Shown: positions 16,647 through 27,733, counted from the stretch's first letter. The stretch is DNA of 55,656 bases from an uncultured Planctomycetaceae bacterium (GCA_963976765.1 CAXBME010000039.1:1-55656); one strand, 5' to 3'. The notes: generated by a model not told the origin, from the sequence alone. Translations and numbers: made by a program.

Positions 16647-18422
16647 TTGCTGAGTTCTCGATCCACCGTTGAATTACGTCGTCGCCATGCCTCAGCGATG
16701 TTGTTGTGGCTGTTGCTGTTGTTTGGCTGCGACCGCAAACAGGAACCGGTGACCGACGATTCTCCTCACGCGAATCTCCGGCACGCTGCGTCCGCAGATA
16801 CTGCGGCGGAAATTCGAACCATCGACACAACAACGCCTTCATCGCCGAGCCACACGACAGCCATCCGCCTCAAACCACTTTCCACTGATCAGTTCCCGCA
16901 GGTCGTACCGGATAACGGTGCTCGACACGGGTTCGCCACGATTCTGGAATCACTGGGCAGTGGCTGCTCAGCGATGGATTTCGACCGGGACGGCTGGCCT
17001 GACGCTCTGATCGCTGGCGGTGGCGACTTTGAAGGCCGCACTTGCGTCGGCAGGCCGGTATTCGTCCTGCGGAATCAGCAGACCTGTTTCGAAGACGCAA
17101 CTGCCAGCAGCGGAATCAGTACAACGCGTTTTTATCATCACGGAATCTGCGCGGCGGACTTTGATCACGACGGCTTCGAAGACTTTCTGGTGACTGGCTA
17201 TGGCGGGGTTCAGTTATTCTGCAACCTCGGCGACGGAACCTTCACAGAATCCACAGCCGCAGTGAATCTGGTACCTGGTGGCTGGAGCGCGTCCGCCGCG
17301 TGGGGCGATTTTAATCACGACGGGCATCTCGACGTTTACGTCACCGGGTACGTGAACTGGTCGTTCGACAACGATCCGTCCTGCTTCGCTGCTGACGGCA
17401 CAACCCGCGACAACTGCTCGCCGAAAATCTTCGAACCACTGCCGGATACTTTGCTGATCAGCGCCGGTGACGGAACCTTTATCGACGGGACGAAAGCATT
17501 CAACGTGCGGCCCGACGGAAAGACGCTGGGAGCAGTTGCTGCCGATCTCGACGCTGACGGATGGTTGGATCTCTATGTCGGCAACGACGTGATGATGAAC
17601 TTCCTTTACCGGAATGAAGCAGGGAAGTCGTTTACCGACTGGTCGACTCTCAGCGGCACGGGGGTCAGTAGACGAGGATCACCGGACGCGTCAATGGGGG
17701 TCGACGTCGTCGATTTCAACAACGATGGTCGCTTCGACATCTGGGCCGCGAACTTCGAAATGGAAAGCTTCGCGCTGTACGAAAACCTGGGCAGAATGCA
17801 GTTCCGTCATGTGAGCGACATCACCGGCGTCTCCGCGATCGGCTCACACTATGTCGGCTGGGGAACCGCCTTCATCGATCTGGATCTGGACGGCGACAGC
17901 GACACAATCGTCTGCAACGGCAACGTCGTTCAGCATCCACAGCATTCACCGACGCTGCAGAAAATGGTTCTGCTTGAAAACGTCGACGGTCGGTACTTTG
18001 AAGATGTCACCAGCCAGGCGGGAAACGCACTGACGACACCTCAACACGGTCGGGGCCTCGCATGGACCGACTGGAACCGCGATGGCAAGGTCGATCTGCT
18101 GACGTCGCCGACCCACGCCGCCGCTCGCCTCTTTGAAAACACTTCCGTTGTCCCCGGCAGCAGTCTGGCCGTTCAACTGATCGGCACCGCTTCTCCGCGA
18201 CAACCGATTGGGGCAATCGTCGAACTGATTACGTCTTCCGGCGCTCAGATCAGACAATTGATCGGCGGCGGCAGCTACGCGTCGACTTCGCTGGCCGAAA
18301 TCCACTTCGGTATTCCGAATGGATCAACCCCGACCGAATTTCGCATCAGGTGGCCGAGCGGGCAGCTGCAATCCCGACGGCTCACAGAAGGTGATCACCG
18401 CGTTGTCGTGATCGAACGGTGA
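16647..18422 (+). CDS. CRTAC1 family protein (FG-GAP repeats + ASPIC/UnbV domain), probable lipoprotein
   Basis: Repeated DFD.DG..D motifs, ESLGSG, SMGVD..D; C-terminal IGA.V, GGGSYAS, HFG, IRWPSG; lipobox-like LFGC. Start TTG 16647 (alternative ATG 16698). Confidence 0.87.
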   Translation: MLSSRSTVELRRRHASAMLLWLLLLFGCDRKQEPVTDDSPHANLRHAASADTAAEIRTIDTTTPSSPSHTTAIRLKPLSTDQFPQVVPDNGARHGFATILESLGSGCSAMDFDRDGWPDALIAGGGDFEGRTCVGRPVFVLRNQQTCFEDATASSGISTTRFYHHGICAADFDHDGFEDFLVTGYGGVQLFCNLGDGTFTESTAAVNLVPGGWSASAAWGDFNHDGHLDVYVTGYVNWSFDNDPSCFAADGTTRDNCSPKIFEPLPDTLLISAGDGTFIDGTKAFNVRPDGKTLGAVAADLDADGWLDLYVGNDVMMNFLYRNEAGKSFTDWSTLSGTGVSRRGSPDASMGVDVVDFNNDGRFDIWAANFEMESFALYENLGRMQFRHVSDITGVSAIGSHYVGWGTAFIDLDLDGDSDTIVCNGNVVQHPQHSPTLQKMVLLENVDGRYFEDVTSQAGNALTTPQHGRGLAWTDWNRDGKVDLLTSPTHAAARLFENTSVVPGSSLAVQLIGTASPRQPIGAIVELITSSGAQIRQLIGGGSYASTSLAEIHFGIPNGSTPTEFRIRWPSGQLQSRRLTEGDHRVVVIER

Positions 18423-18592
18423 AGATCGTTCGACTGACGAAGGACTTATCAGTCAGGAATCAATTCTGTGCTGTCAGCGAATTCTCAATTCGTCAATCCA
18501 TCATGGGCTCCTCACTGTGAAAGACTCTCAGCTGCCCAGTGAATATCAGCCTGGTAAACAAGCACTTTTCTTGCCCATCCTGACCATCAAAC

Positions 18593-18628
18593 AAAAGAAG
18601 GCGACAGCGCCGAAACGCTGCCGCCTTC
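18593..18628 (-). terminator. Rho-independent terminator after the DUF1559 gene / pilin locus
   Basis: Stem gaaggcg.cagcg/cgctg.cgccttc followed by a T-rich tract on the minus strand. Confidence 0.7.
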
Positions 18629-18664
18629 ATTATTATCTACCGAGTCACACGGTTGGAGTGCGTG

Positions 18665-19735
18665 TTAGTAGTTTTCCAATCCCGCCACAACCTGGCCGTA
18701 ACGCTGGCCGTTGGGGGAGATCAATCGCAAGTACACGCCAGGAGTAATGCTGTCAGAAATCTGTCGCGCGGCACCATCGGCAAATCCATAGATGGAAGTT
18801 CCCAAGTGATTTGAACTCGGTCGCGGCAGAGTTCCTCTCGCAGCAATGATATTTTGCCCAGGCAAGGCGTTAAGCGTATTCATATTGCCCCCCCAGGTTC
18901 CAGCCTGGACCCCACCGACTGGTTCCAATGCAATTCCAGGCCCGGTGGTTGCCGTTACTGCCGTTGTGTCAGTACCAGGGACGACGGGAACGCAGAATGC
19001 CAGATCGCGAAGGTTGCTTCCGCCGCTTCCATCGATATTTGCAATGTGCCAGTTCTGCGCTTGAACGTTCTCAGCAAACAGCAGTGTATTCGTTTGGCCG
19101 TCTCCCGACGAAATGTAATCGAGAGAAGCTCTGAATGCGTCCGAGCCTTCCAGAGGAGCCGAGAACACTCCAGCGGCATGAGCAATCGCCCGTCGAGTCG
19201 CGAAGTTAGTATCCCAAGCAACTGAGTTCGCGTTGTGAGTCCAGTCAATGTTTGGATATGAGGCCCCCGGCAAGTAGCCTGCATTCACGACGTACGACAG
19301 ACCGCCATCGATCTGGAAATTGTTCGTGTCGACAGGGCATTGAAACATCTTCATTGAGATCGCCGGGAACGCAGGAGTCGTCCCACCACTGGTGATGAAG
19401 TTTGCGACCGTTGTGTCGAACTCCCGTCGAGCGGCTGAGTTATCGAGTTCCGGCAGCAACTGCACGCACCAGCTCATGTAGACGTTGCTGCTGTTGGAAA
19501 TCTTCTCTGCGAGAGCTGGCAACTTGCCATTCTTCTTCGAGGCGAAGTTCATGACAGCGGTACAGAGCTGCTTCATGTTGTTCTGGCACTCAGCACGCCG
19601 GGCTGCGGCCCGAGCGTTCTGAACGGCGGGCAGAATCAGTGCTGCCAGGGTGGCGATAATCGAGATCACCACGAGCAGTTCGATCAGCGTGAAGCCACGT
19701 CGCAACTTCTTCTGAACCGGGCGGAACGTTTTCAT
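18665..19735 (-). CDS. DUF1559 prepilin-type protein
   Basis: [54 protein letters not shown]9-DG ([12 protein letters not shown]); strong RBS gaggag. Confidence 0.9.
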   Translation of the reverse strand: MKTFRPVQKKLRRGFTLIELLVVISIIATLAALILPAVQNARAAARRAECQNNMKQLCTAVMNFASKKNGKLPALAEKISNSSNVYMSWCVQLLPELDNSAARREFDTTVANFITSGGTTPAFPAISMKMFQCPVDTNNFQIDGGLSYVVNAGYLPGASYPNIDWTHNANSVAWDTNFATRRAIAHAAGVFSAPLEGSDAFRASLDYISSGDGQTNTLLFAENVQAQNWHIANIDGSGGSNLRDLAFCVPVVPGTDTTAVTATTGPGIALEPVGGVQAGTWGGNMNTLNALPGQNIIAARGTLPRPSSNHLGTSIYGFADGAARQISDSITPGVYLRLISPNGQRYGQVVAGLENY

Positions 19736-20126
19736 AACTATCTCTCCTCACAATGTTCTTGAAAATGAATCAGTCTCGACAAATCCAAACAGTAGATCAG
19801 CACGCATTCAAGTCCAGACTCGATTCCGCCTCAGGTTTCGAAATGTCGGTTGCTCTGGTTCTGACGAAGACTCAGCAAAGTCACTCGACTCTGTCCAGAG
19901 GTTCCCGATTGGCCCGCCGCACCTTTGTGCAGCTCTGCTGGAAGTAACGTTTATCGTCGTATCAACTTAACTCGTAGTTCGCGTTTCCGGGCGTGCAGCC
20001 AGAACAGTCGCAAACTTCCGAGAATCCTCGACTTGAGTCAGAAGCGGCTCGCATTATGTATCGAAACGATTTCCCCTGTCACCCCTCAACACCCGATTTC
20101 AAAGATTCTCCGAAATCCCAACACGG

Positions 20127-23100
20127 CTAATTGATCGTCAGCCGGTGCTTAATCAGATGTTTCCAGTCGAACTTGCCCGTCCGGGAATCGTACGCTTCTT
20201 CGGCATCTGAACGATCAATAACAAAGAATCCCCGGTGTCCATCGTCCGGATTCCCGTCCAGGTTCAGATCGATCCGTCCTCCGACTCGGAAGTGTGCATT
20301 ACCAGTGGCGTCAAGATGCTCGTAAACTTCGTGGAACTGCACATGTATGAACACATAGAAGGCGTTGCTACGAGTTGTCGAGTTGCCAAGGATCTTTGAC
20401 AGGATCCTTCGCCGGTTGTGATGGTCGATATTATTTGAGTTGGCATTGGCTGCGGTTCCCAGATCAAACAGGCCACGCGGCGAAGGTGTACTTTGATCTG
20501 GATGGCTTCTCAGCATGGATTCTTCGACTGGACTGTTTGGTACCGGTTCATCCGCAGTTGGTTCCGGAACAGAGGCATTGTTGATCGATTCGCTGAAGCC
20601 TTTGAATGGTTTGGAATAGGGCATTCCAGGCAGCGTCAGCAAAGTTTCGGGATGAAACCCGTCGCGTGACCAGAGCAGGTCAGTCCACCAGTCTCGCGAA
20701 CTGTCGTTTCCGGCTCGACCGAGAAGGCCTAATCGAGGCGTGGCAGCAAACTGGTCTGGAGGCAGGAACAGCTCTGGATCATCAATCAACGCCGCTAGAA
20801 CTTCCGGGTGTCGGATAGTGTTCAGATTGATTCGGCCTGGTACGCGAGTCGTCGCGAACGGCCCACCCAGTTGCAGATGGGTTCTGGTGGGAACTTCCAC
20901 AAATTCGAGCAGCCGGTGCCAGTGATTTCTGTATCGGCGTCGTTGAGGGTCTCCTCCCTGACGAGCTGGAAACGCGACAGTCTGACCAGCGTAGTTGCCT
21001 GAACTGGATGAGCCGGTCTGATTCGGCGGGCTGGGCATCAGGAACAAAGCGGCTGCGGTAAACGGGCCTTCGTCGTTGGCGGTATTACCAGGGCCGAGAA
21101 GTTGATCGTACGGAGACAGGTTGAACTTTCTGAGGGCTCGCGTCTGGTGGCCCGGGCCGTTCACCGGAATATTCAACAGTTCAATTGACGAAACAAAGTC
21201 ACGGTCGAAATGCGACTGCACGATGGTATGCGGGTTGTTGCCTGTGTCGTTAGCTGCACCGTAACTTGCCAGCGATGGCGATTCGGCCCGCAGACTATTC
21301 ATGCGTCGGGTTCCGTCGCCCGTACCGTTCTGCTCTCGATCGTCGAGAGGCTCGCGACGTTCGCGACTGGTCAGATTCTGTAACTTGCCTTCGATCGCGG
21401 CTTGAGTGGTGTCGGTGTCGAGAAGATTGAAACTGCGGCGTCGCGGAGTGATGACGTCAACCGTGATCCATGGATTGACGCTGGTTGGCAGTTGAACCTG
21501 TGTCGGGTCAAGACGCCGTTCGAGGACCAGTGTGAACTGCGTGGAGGCTGCTCCCGTCGGAGCTGTCGTCGCGTTGAGGAACTCATCTGTCGTGGTTCCA
21601 TTCACCAGGCCAAAACGAGATGTGTGACTCGAAAGGTTGCTGACCAGGTCGAGGTTGCACTGTGGAGCGAGCGGCCCCGACGAAGGTGGACTGACTGGGG
21701 GATCGTACGGAGCGATCAGTCTTGCGGTGACAGCCGGGTCAGGGTCGTAGTCGACGTAGAAGTCACTGACATTGTCGCCACTGTCGTTGTCGGCGGTCGC
21801 GATGGTGAAGGCTTTGCCCGGAGTGATGTTGTTGTTTGAATCAGCCTTGAAGTAGATCGCATTCTCAGGAGCGTTGACGGTGTTGTTAAATGTTGCCTGT
21901 CGGACAACGTTGACGTTGCTTGTGTCGCTGCGTCGAATTCTCCAGGCAGAGTTAGCATGTGTTGACGAAACTGTTGGCAACGGGTCTGACGCTGGATTGT
22001 AATCACCCTTTGCACCAAAAAGTGGGACGTTTCTCGGAGCAATCGAACGCAGCTCCATGAACAGGTGATGGTGATCCTGTGTCGTTTCGTCGTATCGTGT
22101 TGCGGAATTATCTGCTGCTCCGCCTGTATACTGGGCCTGGTAAACCCACAGCGTTTCGCTGAAGGCCAGTTCCTGTGCTTCGACACCGAAAACGACATCG
22201 CGGTCGGCAGGATCCGGGTCGATACTGGTATCCCAGGGCTGATCGTCGAGTCCCCACCCGTCAGACAGATCCGTGTCGTACTCGAACATCGTCATGACAT
22301 TATCACGGTCGAGCGAGTCCACCACATTAACGGCGAACTGTGCCATCTGGCGAGTCTGAACGTCACTGTAAGCGGCCCCTCCAATGGGGCCTCCCGTGTT
22401 GGTTCGATAGTCAAAAGTGTCGAAACCACCACCGAGCATATAAAGCATTACATAGATGTCGCGGGCCATTCGTTGTCGATCGAACCTCGCCCAGAACTCA
22501 CGGTCCTCAGGGTTCTGCGGTGGGTACGTTGGGGTGGCGTCGCCAATTGGAACGGTCGTGATACTTGTGAGCCCCGTATCGTTGGCGTGAGCTGTCAGCG
22601 GTCGGTATTCAAGAGGGCTGTAGTAGGGGTGAGCAGCTCCGTTCGTCGATCGGACAACATCCAGCAACTGGTTGAGATTGAATCGAAACTGCAGTTTCAG
22701 TTCGTTGCGGTTGCCATGCTCGACTTCAAGAAGTCGTCGCAACTGAGGGCGGAACGGGTCGATGCAGACCACACCTAATGGATTGAACGGTCCGTAAGTA
22801 CCGGTGTCCCACGGTCGCTCGCTTCGAAATCCGTAGTAAGCCATGGCTGGATTACCACCATTCGTATCGTCCAGATATTCGTAGTACGTTTTGGTGTATG
22901 GTGCCGCGAGAGTCTGGAACGGTGCCGGCCTGACGTTCGAAGGAAGCCCAACCTCCAGGGGGAACTCACACAGTGCGTCTCTGTCTGCGTCTCCGCTGAA
23001 CTCCCAGGCACGCAGGTCATCAGTACCCGGCCAGCCAAGTTCGCCTGGGTCGTCAATGACCCCATTACTATTATCGTCAACGCCTGCTGCGCCCGGCTGA

Positions 23101-25667
23101 TTGTCTGCTCCAGGTCCCTGGATTCTCGACAGATTGAACTGTTTACGGTCCCAGCTGAGGACCGTGAACCGCCGTCGCCGTTCGTTGGCATCCTGAGATG
23201 GATCATTGGGATTAATATTCCCTGGCATCAGATTCTGCAGACGTCGAGTCACGCCGGTATTATCAATGTCTGATTTACTCATCTGAAGCACGCCCGCTTC
23301 AGCCGGACGATGATATTCATCTGTTGGACGCGAGGCCTTTCGAGGTTCCAGAACGATTTCGTTCATATCGTCAATCAGAATGTACTCGTCATCGGTATTG
23401 CCCCATATTCCGTCCGGCCCTGGCGTGTGGCGACGGAAGTTGTTTCCAAGCGTGGTTCCTGAGATGCCGGGGGCTGTTGGCATCAGGTTTGAACCAACTC
23501 CTGGCCCAGAGCTTCTGAGATCGACGTCTCCCGCGATGCCGAATTGCGTGTAACGCTGAAATCGAGTCGGGTTTCCACCCGCCATCTGAAACAGATCGAG
23601 CTGGCGCGGATTGTCGAACACATTTATCCGGCCCCGTCCATCAAACGAGATTGGGTGTCGGGCAGCCAGTGTCTGCCCCTGATTGCCGAACGGCTTGCCA
23701 CCAGCGTTGGAATCTCGATTGTCGTCACGGTCAGAATTGCCGGCAAATGGAAACAACTCCTCAGCCAGACCGACCGAATTCGGGTTGTTGCTGGCGACGT
23801 ACTGGTCGATGATCGACGTTCCTGCACCGTTTGCGACCTGTAAAGCATTCCAAAGTCGAGACGTGTCGCCCAGCAGTCCTGCGTGAAGTTCTGGTAGTGA
23901 CCCACCAAACTCGATCCGGCCTTTTCTGGCCCACCACAACTCCATGTTAGCAAGTTCCCACCGGTTCAGATTGTTACCGTTTCCGATGGGGTTCCTGCCA
24001 AAATACGCCTGATAGTCACCGATTCCGACAACATCGACAGTCTGAATCTGTGGTGCTGGCGGAGGTGGATTCGGATTGCCAGGGTCGATGGGAACAGCGT
24101 CCAGTGCCCAGGCCGGATTGACTTCTGACGGTGAAATTCCCTGATTCGACTGGCTGATTGTCAAAGACGGCCCGATTGCATCGACGTCCGTTGGAAACGC
24201 GGCCAGTCCGGCGCCATTCCCGAAATAGCCAGCTGCTCCGGGTGAGAAGGCATCACCTGAAAGATTTCCGGCCGTATTGAGATTAATCAGCCCGTCACCG
24301 TCGTAAACCGTGAAGGCAAACAGGGGGATGTAGAGGGCACCGTCCGAAGGACGCTCCTGAACCGGGAAGTCCAGGTCCAGCAGGATGGCTTCGTTCAGCG
24401 TGTCGCCGTCGGCGTCTGCATCGAAACGACTTGGAATTGCTTCTGGGTACAGACTGCTCCAAGCTCCGTTGGAGAGCGATGACGTTGCATCGGTAACAGT
24501 AAAACTGGAAGCAGAACTCAGCGGTCCGGCGAACGGAAAGCCTTTGCCGCACGACAAACTCGCGATCAACGCTGCATCGACCGGATCGTTGTCGTTCAGG
24601 AAACGCTTCACAACCGGAGGAATGGCTGCGTCAGACGGGACGAAGTAATGCTCAGGATGAGGTCTCAACGAGCGTCCAGCCGACCAGGGAGCCCAGTACC
24701 AGGTCGGGTCAAGTCGGGCGATGTTGTCCGCCGCTCCGTCGCCATTGAAGTCATCGATATCCCAGAATCCATTGCCGTTTGCATCTTCGGTAGACGGGTC
24801 GAAGACTCCATCGTTATTAGCGTCTTCGTTTGTCGAGCCCGTCCCGATGGCGCTTTCGACGCGCTGGAAAAGTTCCGGTCGCCAGAACGATGGCTTCACG
24901 ATGCGGACAGGGTACGGTTGCGCGTCGAAGATGCCGTTAGCATTCAGGTCTTCGTTCGGATCGACGACGGTGTCGCCATCGATGTCGAATTCCCGATAGG
25001 GCACCAGGGCGCTGTGTGCAAGAAAAGCGTTATTGATATCCGGGTAGGTGTAATTGACGTCTGGTTCGGGGAAGAGTGTGTTTGGTATCTCCAGTGCGTA
25101 ATTCGGATTGCTGCCCCCCGGAACAACGACATGCGCCGAGGGAGACCTGTTCAGCCATAGCAGGTCGTTGAAGTCGCTGTCACCATCGAAGTCTTTGCGT
25201 TCCCACGGATCCTGCACACCATTACCGTTCAGGTCGATAAACGGCGCTGGCAAAGCGGTTAAATTCGAGCCTGTGTAGACAGGAGTTTGCGACAGCCTGA
25301 GCCCACTGCCGGAATGTGGGTGCGCATCGCTTCCGAAAGCATTCGGCAGCAGCGACATGTGCCCGCCGAACAGGGCACTGTTCTTTTCCAGGACGCCTGG
25401 GCCGACGGTCAGTTGTCGCAAAGCCCAGTCGAAATAGACGTCCGGTCCTAGTTCCGGATCGTTTACCAGTTCGGCGGCCTTCTGGTAGTTCTTGCTGCTT
25501 TCCAGTTCCTGAGAAGCGAACGCAAAGAACGTTATTCCCAGGAGCGCCAGCATTCCCATGAGCGCAACGATAACCAGCAGCGTTGAGCCCTGCCGTTGAG
25601 AAAGACGTGCAGGTTTCGGTGCTCGACGATTTTTGAACTGGACCATTGCTGTTTTCGACTGACTCAT
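20127..25667 (-). CDS. Giant GspK/PilX-like minor pilin (1846 aa), probable tip adhesin
   Basis: Class III signal RQG|STLLVIVALMG lacking Glu5, as in K/PilX subunits; GspK-like GLINLNTA and GRINLNT motifs; many DxDxDG/NxNG loops; last of the six pilin genes. Confidence 0.75.
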   Translation of the reverse strand: MSQSKTAMVQFKNRRAPKPARLSQRQGSTLLVIVALMGMLALLGITFFAFASQELESSKNYQKAAELVNDPELGPDVYFDWALRQLTVGPGVLEKNSALFGGHMSLLPNAFGSDAHPHSGSGLRLSQTPVYTGSNLTALPAPFIDLNGNGVQDPWERKDFDGDSDFNDLLWLNRSPSAHVVVPGGSNPNYALEIPNTLFPEPDVNYTYPDINNAFLAHSALVPYREFDIDGDTVVDPNEDLNANGIFDAQPYPVRIVKPSFWRPELFQRVESAIGTGSTNEDANNDGVFDPSTEDANGNGFWDIDDFNGDGAADNIARLDPTWYWAPWSAGRSLRPHPEHYFVPSDAAIPPVVKRFLNDNDPVDAALIASLSCGKGFPFAGPLSSASSFTVTDATSSLSNGAWSSLYPEAIPSRFDADADGDTLNEAILLDLDFPVQERPSDGALYIPLFAFTVYDGDGLINLNTAGNLSGDAFSPGAAGYFGNGAGLAAFPTDVDAIGPSLTISQSNQGISPSEVNPAWALDAVPIDPGNPNPPPPAPQIQTVDVVGIGDYQAYFGRNPIGNGNNLNRWELANMELWWARKGRIEFGGSLPELHAGLLGDTSRLWNALQVANGAGTSIIDQYVASNNPNSVGLAEELFPFAGNSDRDDNRDSNAGGKPFGNQGQTLAARHPISFDGRGRINVFDNPRQLDLFQMAGGNPTRFQRYTQFGIAGDVDLRSSGPGVGSNLMPTAPGISGTTLGNNFRRHTPGPDGIWGNTDDEYILIDDMNEIVLEPRKASRPTDEYHRPAEAGVLQMSKSDIDNTGVTRRLQNLMPGNINPNDPSQDANERRRRFTVLSWDRKQFNLSRIQGPGADNQPGAAGVDDNSNGVIDDPGELGWPGTDDLRAWEFSGDADRDALCEFPLEVGLPSNVRPAPFQTLAAPYTKTYYEYLDDTNGGNPAMAYYGFRSERPWDTGTYGPFNPLGVVCIDPFRPQLRRLLEVEHGNRNELKLQFRFNLNQLLDVVRSTNGAAHPYYSPLEYRPLTAHANDTGLTSITTVPIGDATPTYPPQNPEDREFWARFDRQRMARDIYVMLYMLGGGFDTFDYRTNTGGPIGGAAYSDVQTRQMAQFAVNVVDSLDRDNVMTMFEYDTDLSDGWGLDDQPWDTSIDPDPADRDVVFGVEAQELAFSETLWVYQAQYTGGAADNSATRYDETTQDHHHLFMELRSIAPRNVPLFGAKGDYNPASDPLPTVSSTHANSAWRIRRSDTSNVNVVRQATFNNTVNAPENAIYFKADSNNNITPGKAFTIATADNDSGDNVSDFYVDYDPDPAVTARLIAPYDPPVSPPSSGPLAPQCNLDLVSNLSSHTSRFGLVNGTTTDEFLNATTAPTGAASTQFTLVLERRLDPTQVQLPTSVNPWITVDVITPRRRSFNLLDTDTTQAAIEGKLQNLTSRERREPLDDREQNGTGDGTRRMNSLRAESPSLASYGAANDTGNNPHTIVQSHFDRDFVSSIELLNIPVNGPGHQTRALRKFNLSPYDQLLGPGNTANDEGPFTAAALFLMPSPPNQTGSSSSGNYAGQTVAFPARQGGDPQRRRYRNHWHRLLEFVEVPTRTHLQLGGPFATTRVPGRINLNTIRHPEVLAALIDDPELFLPPDQFAATPRLGLLGRAGNDSSRDWWTDLLWSRDGFHPETLLTLPGMPYSKPFKGFSESINNASVPEPTADEPVPNSPVEESMLRSHPDQSTPSPRGLFDLGTAANANSNNIDHHNRRRILSKILGNSTTRSNAFYVFIHVQFHEVYEHLDATGNAHFRVGGRIDLNLDGNPDDGHRGFFVIDRSDAEEAYDSRTGKFDWKHLIKHRLTIN

Positions 25668-25771
25668 TGCCAGACCTCCTTCGCCCTTATCTCAAGGCGA
25701 TCAGAAGAAACGATTTGGCGAGGAAGCTCGCACAACATCTTCTTCAAGCTGTTCGTGATTTGTGTTGGTCG

Positions 25772-27733
25772 CTAGTTGTATAACGAATGAACCAGACTGA
25801 GTTGACGCATTTTCCCGGATGCTTCATGCATAAAACGCACTCTGATCTGAATGGCCCGCAACGGACGCACGTTTGACCGAACGACCCAGCGAGGTTGCCC
25901 CGCCGGAGCGTCCATTACAGCGCCCGGTACGGTGGACCAGACAGGTTCGTCCAGTACAGGGTCAGGCCCACTTGTCCCAGGTGAGATACAAACGTAGTAG
26001 CGGGAAAAGTCCCACGGCGCGTTCGAAGGTGGAACTCTTGCCTCATCACTCAATGGGAAAACGATGTCGCCTGCTGAATACATCTGGTTGGTCGCCCACA
26101 GAGCCTGAGTCGGGGCAACGACGGCCGCACCAGTGCCGTAGTAAGTACTTCCGCCTGGTGGGTAGTAGGTCAGTGCGCGATAAGGTGGTAATTGCCGATC
26201 GGCTGTCGTTGTCAGATCTCCGTCCGCGTCATTCTGATAATGCCACGTATCAAGGACACGCCCGGTCCATTGGTCGTACGGAGCGGTGTTCCATGCGGCG
26301 GAATCTGTACTTGGTACGACTACTTGCGGAGTCGACTGATTTAACTGGAGGTTTCGACTCCTGTGGTAATCGCCAGGCTCGTCATCGGCATTGCCTAAGA
26401 CATTGTCCGGGCCTGGGCCATTCAGATTATGTCCGACCTGCACGAAGGCCCCTAGACGATCATCCCAGACGTCAATCTCAAACGCATGGACGTTGCTCAA
26501 CATCAGGTCTTCACCCCGGCGCGGTCCAGCAGCAAATTCATCAATGATGCCGTCCTGATTCGCATCACTGGGGGAGACTGCGTAATTCATGGGATTATCA
26601 CCGCTGGTTGCAGCATTCCCAAAAGCTGTCGATCCGTTCTGCGGAAAATTGAAATCAGGGTGTGACATTTCTTCAGCGGTATATCTACCGATGAAGTAGA
26701 AGTTCGGATCGGACGGATCAGCCCTGCTGAATTCCCGTGAAACTCCGTTCGTCTGGTCAAAACCGAAACGGAAACATCGGGCGGGTGATCCACTTAGCGT
26801 CGCACCATTTGTAACTCCCAGATTTTCGGCGGAAGCAGTGAGCTGATCGTTCGCCAGGGATCTCTCATCGAGCAGCATCGCGCCGTCCAGTCCACTTGCC
26901 GAGTACGCTGAAAAGCTGAAGTCAGCCCAGTAGTCATCGCTGTAGCTCCAGCCTCCAGCCAGACCGGGGTTGTATTTCGCATATTGGCCATTAAGAGTGG
27001 TGTCGGTATTTGAGTGTCTGAGATACTCGATCGGCGTCGCCAGTGGCTGATTTGTTGACGCATCCCAGGTCATTCGCGGCTGCGGCGTTGAAGAACCGGC
27101 GACAGCGATCGGATCCCGAACAAGGATCGTTCTACGATAGAGGCGGCCGCCTCGCACGTAATACGCGATTTCTGCCGCTTTGGACGCCGCCGCAAAATTC
27201 ATCCTGAGTTCGCCGTCGTCGTGTTCTGGTTGTTGCGAGTTTCGGCGGATCTCATTTTCGGCAGCAGCCACGGAACCGACTCCGGGATTCAGGCTCACCA
27301 GCCCGGTAGCGTTGCCGTAGTAGGGTGTCTCATCAGAATTTTCGAGGCGGATCGTCGTCAGCGTGGTGAACTGCAGGAGATTGTCGACGGCGTTGGCCGG
27401 ATCATTCAGCGAGATGTAGAGATAGCCGCGGCGTGGCTCGAACAGTTCAGACTGAATGTCAACGCTTTCTTTCGGGTGGAAGGGGACAACATTTTGAAAG
27501 GTGCGTTTCTGCAGGTCTGCCCGCATCACCGTCGTAAAGGCACGCACTTTCTGATCGTTGTCAGCCAGCGCCCGCTGAAGAGTCATTGAGTCGGAAGCCA
27601 GCCCGAAGATCTCAGCAAACATGACCATCATCAGCAGAACGAGCGTGACGGAAATCAACATCTCGATCAGCGTGAAGCCACGGCGATGCTTCGCTCGGGT
27701 GGTTTGCAGATTGTGACTTGCTGCGATTCTCAT
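25772..27733 (-). CDS. GspJ/PilW-like minor pilin with C-terminal CBM5/12-like module
   Basis: [19 protein letters not shown] helix, EIAYYV..LYRR, NV.AFEI, LRAIQI.VR; ATG at 27733 after aggag. Confidence 0.8.
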   Translation of the reverse strand: MRIAASHNLQTTRAKHRRGFTLIEMLISVTLVLLMMVMFAEIFGLASDSMTLQRALADNDQKVRAFTTVMRADLQKRTFQNVVPFHPKESVDIQSELFEPRRGYLYISLNDPANAVDNLLQFTTLTTIRLENSDETPYYGNATGLVSLNPGVGSVAAAENEIRRNSQQPEHDDGELRMNFAAASKAAEIAYYVRGGRLYRRTILVRDPIAVAGSSTPQPRMTWDASTNQPLATPIEYLRHSNTDTTLNGQYAKYNPGLAGGWSYSDDYWADFSFSAYSASGLDGAMLLDERSLANDQLTASAENLGVTNGATLSGSPARCFRFGFDQTNGVSREFSRADPSDPNFYFIGRYTAEEMSHPDFNFPQNGSTAFGNAATSGDNPMNYAVSPSDANQDGIIDEFAAGPRRGEDLMLSNVHAFEIDVWDDRLGAFVQVGHNLNGPGPDNVLGNADDEPGDYHRSRNLQLNQSTPQVVVPSTDSAAWNTAPYDQWTGRVLDTWHYQNDADGDLTTTADRQLPPYRALTYYPPGGSTYYGTGAAVVAPTQALWATNQMYSAGDIVFPLSDEARVPPSNAPWDFSRYYVCISPGTSGPDPVLDEPVWSTVPGAVMDAPAGQPRWVVRSNVRPLRAIQIRVRFMHEASGKMRQLSLVHSLYN

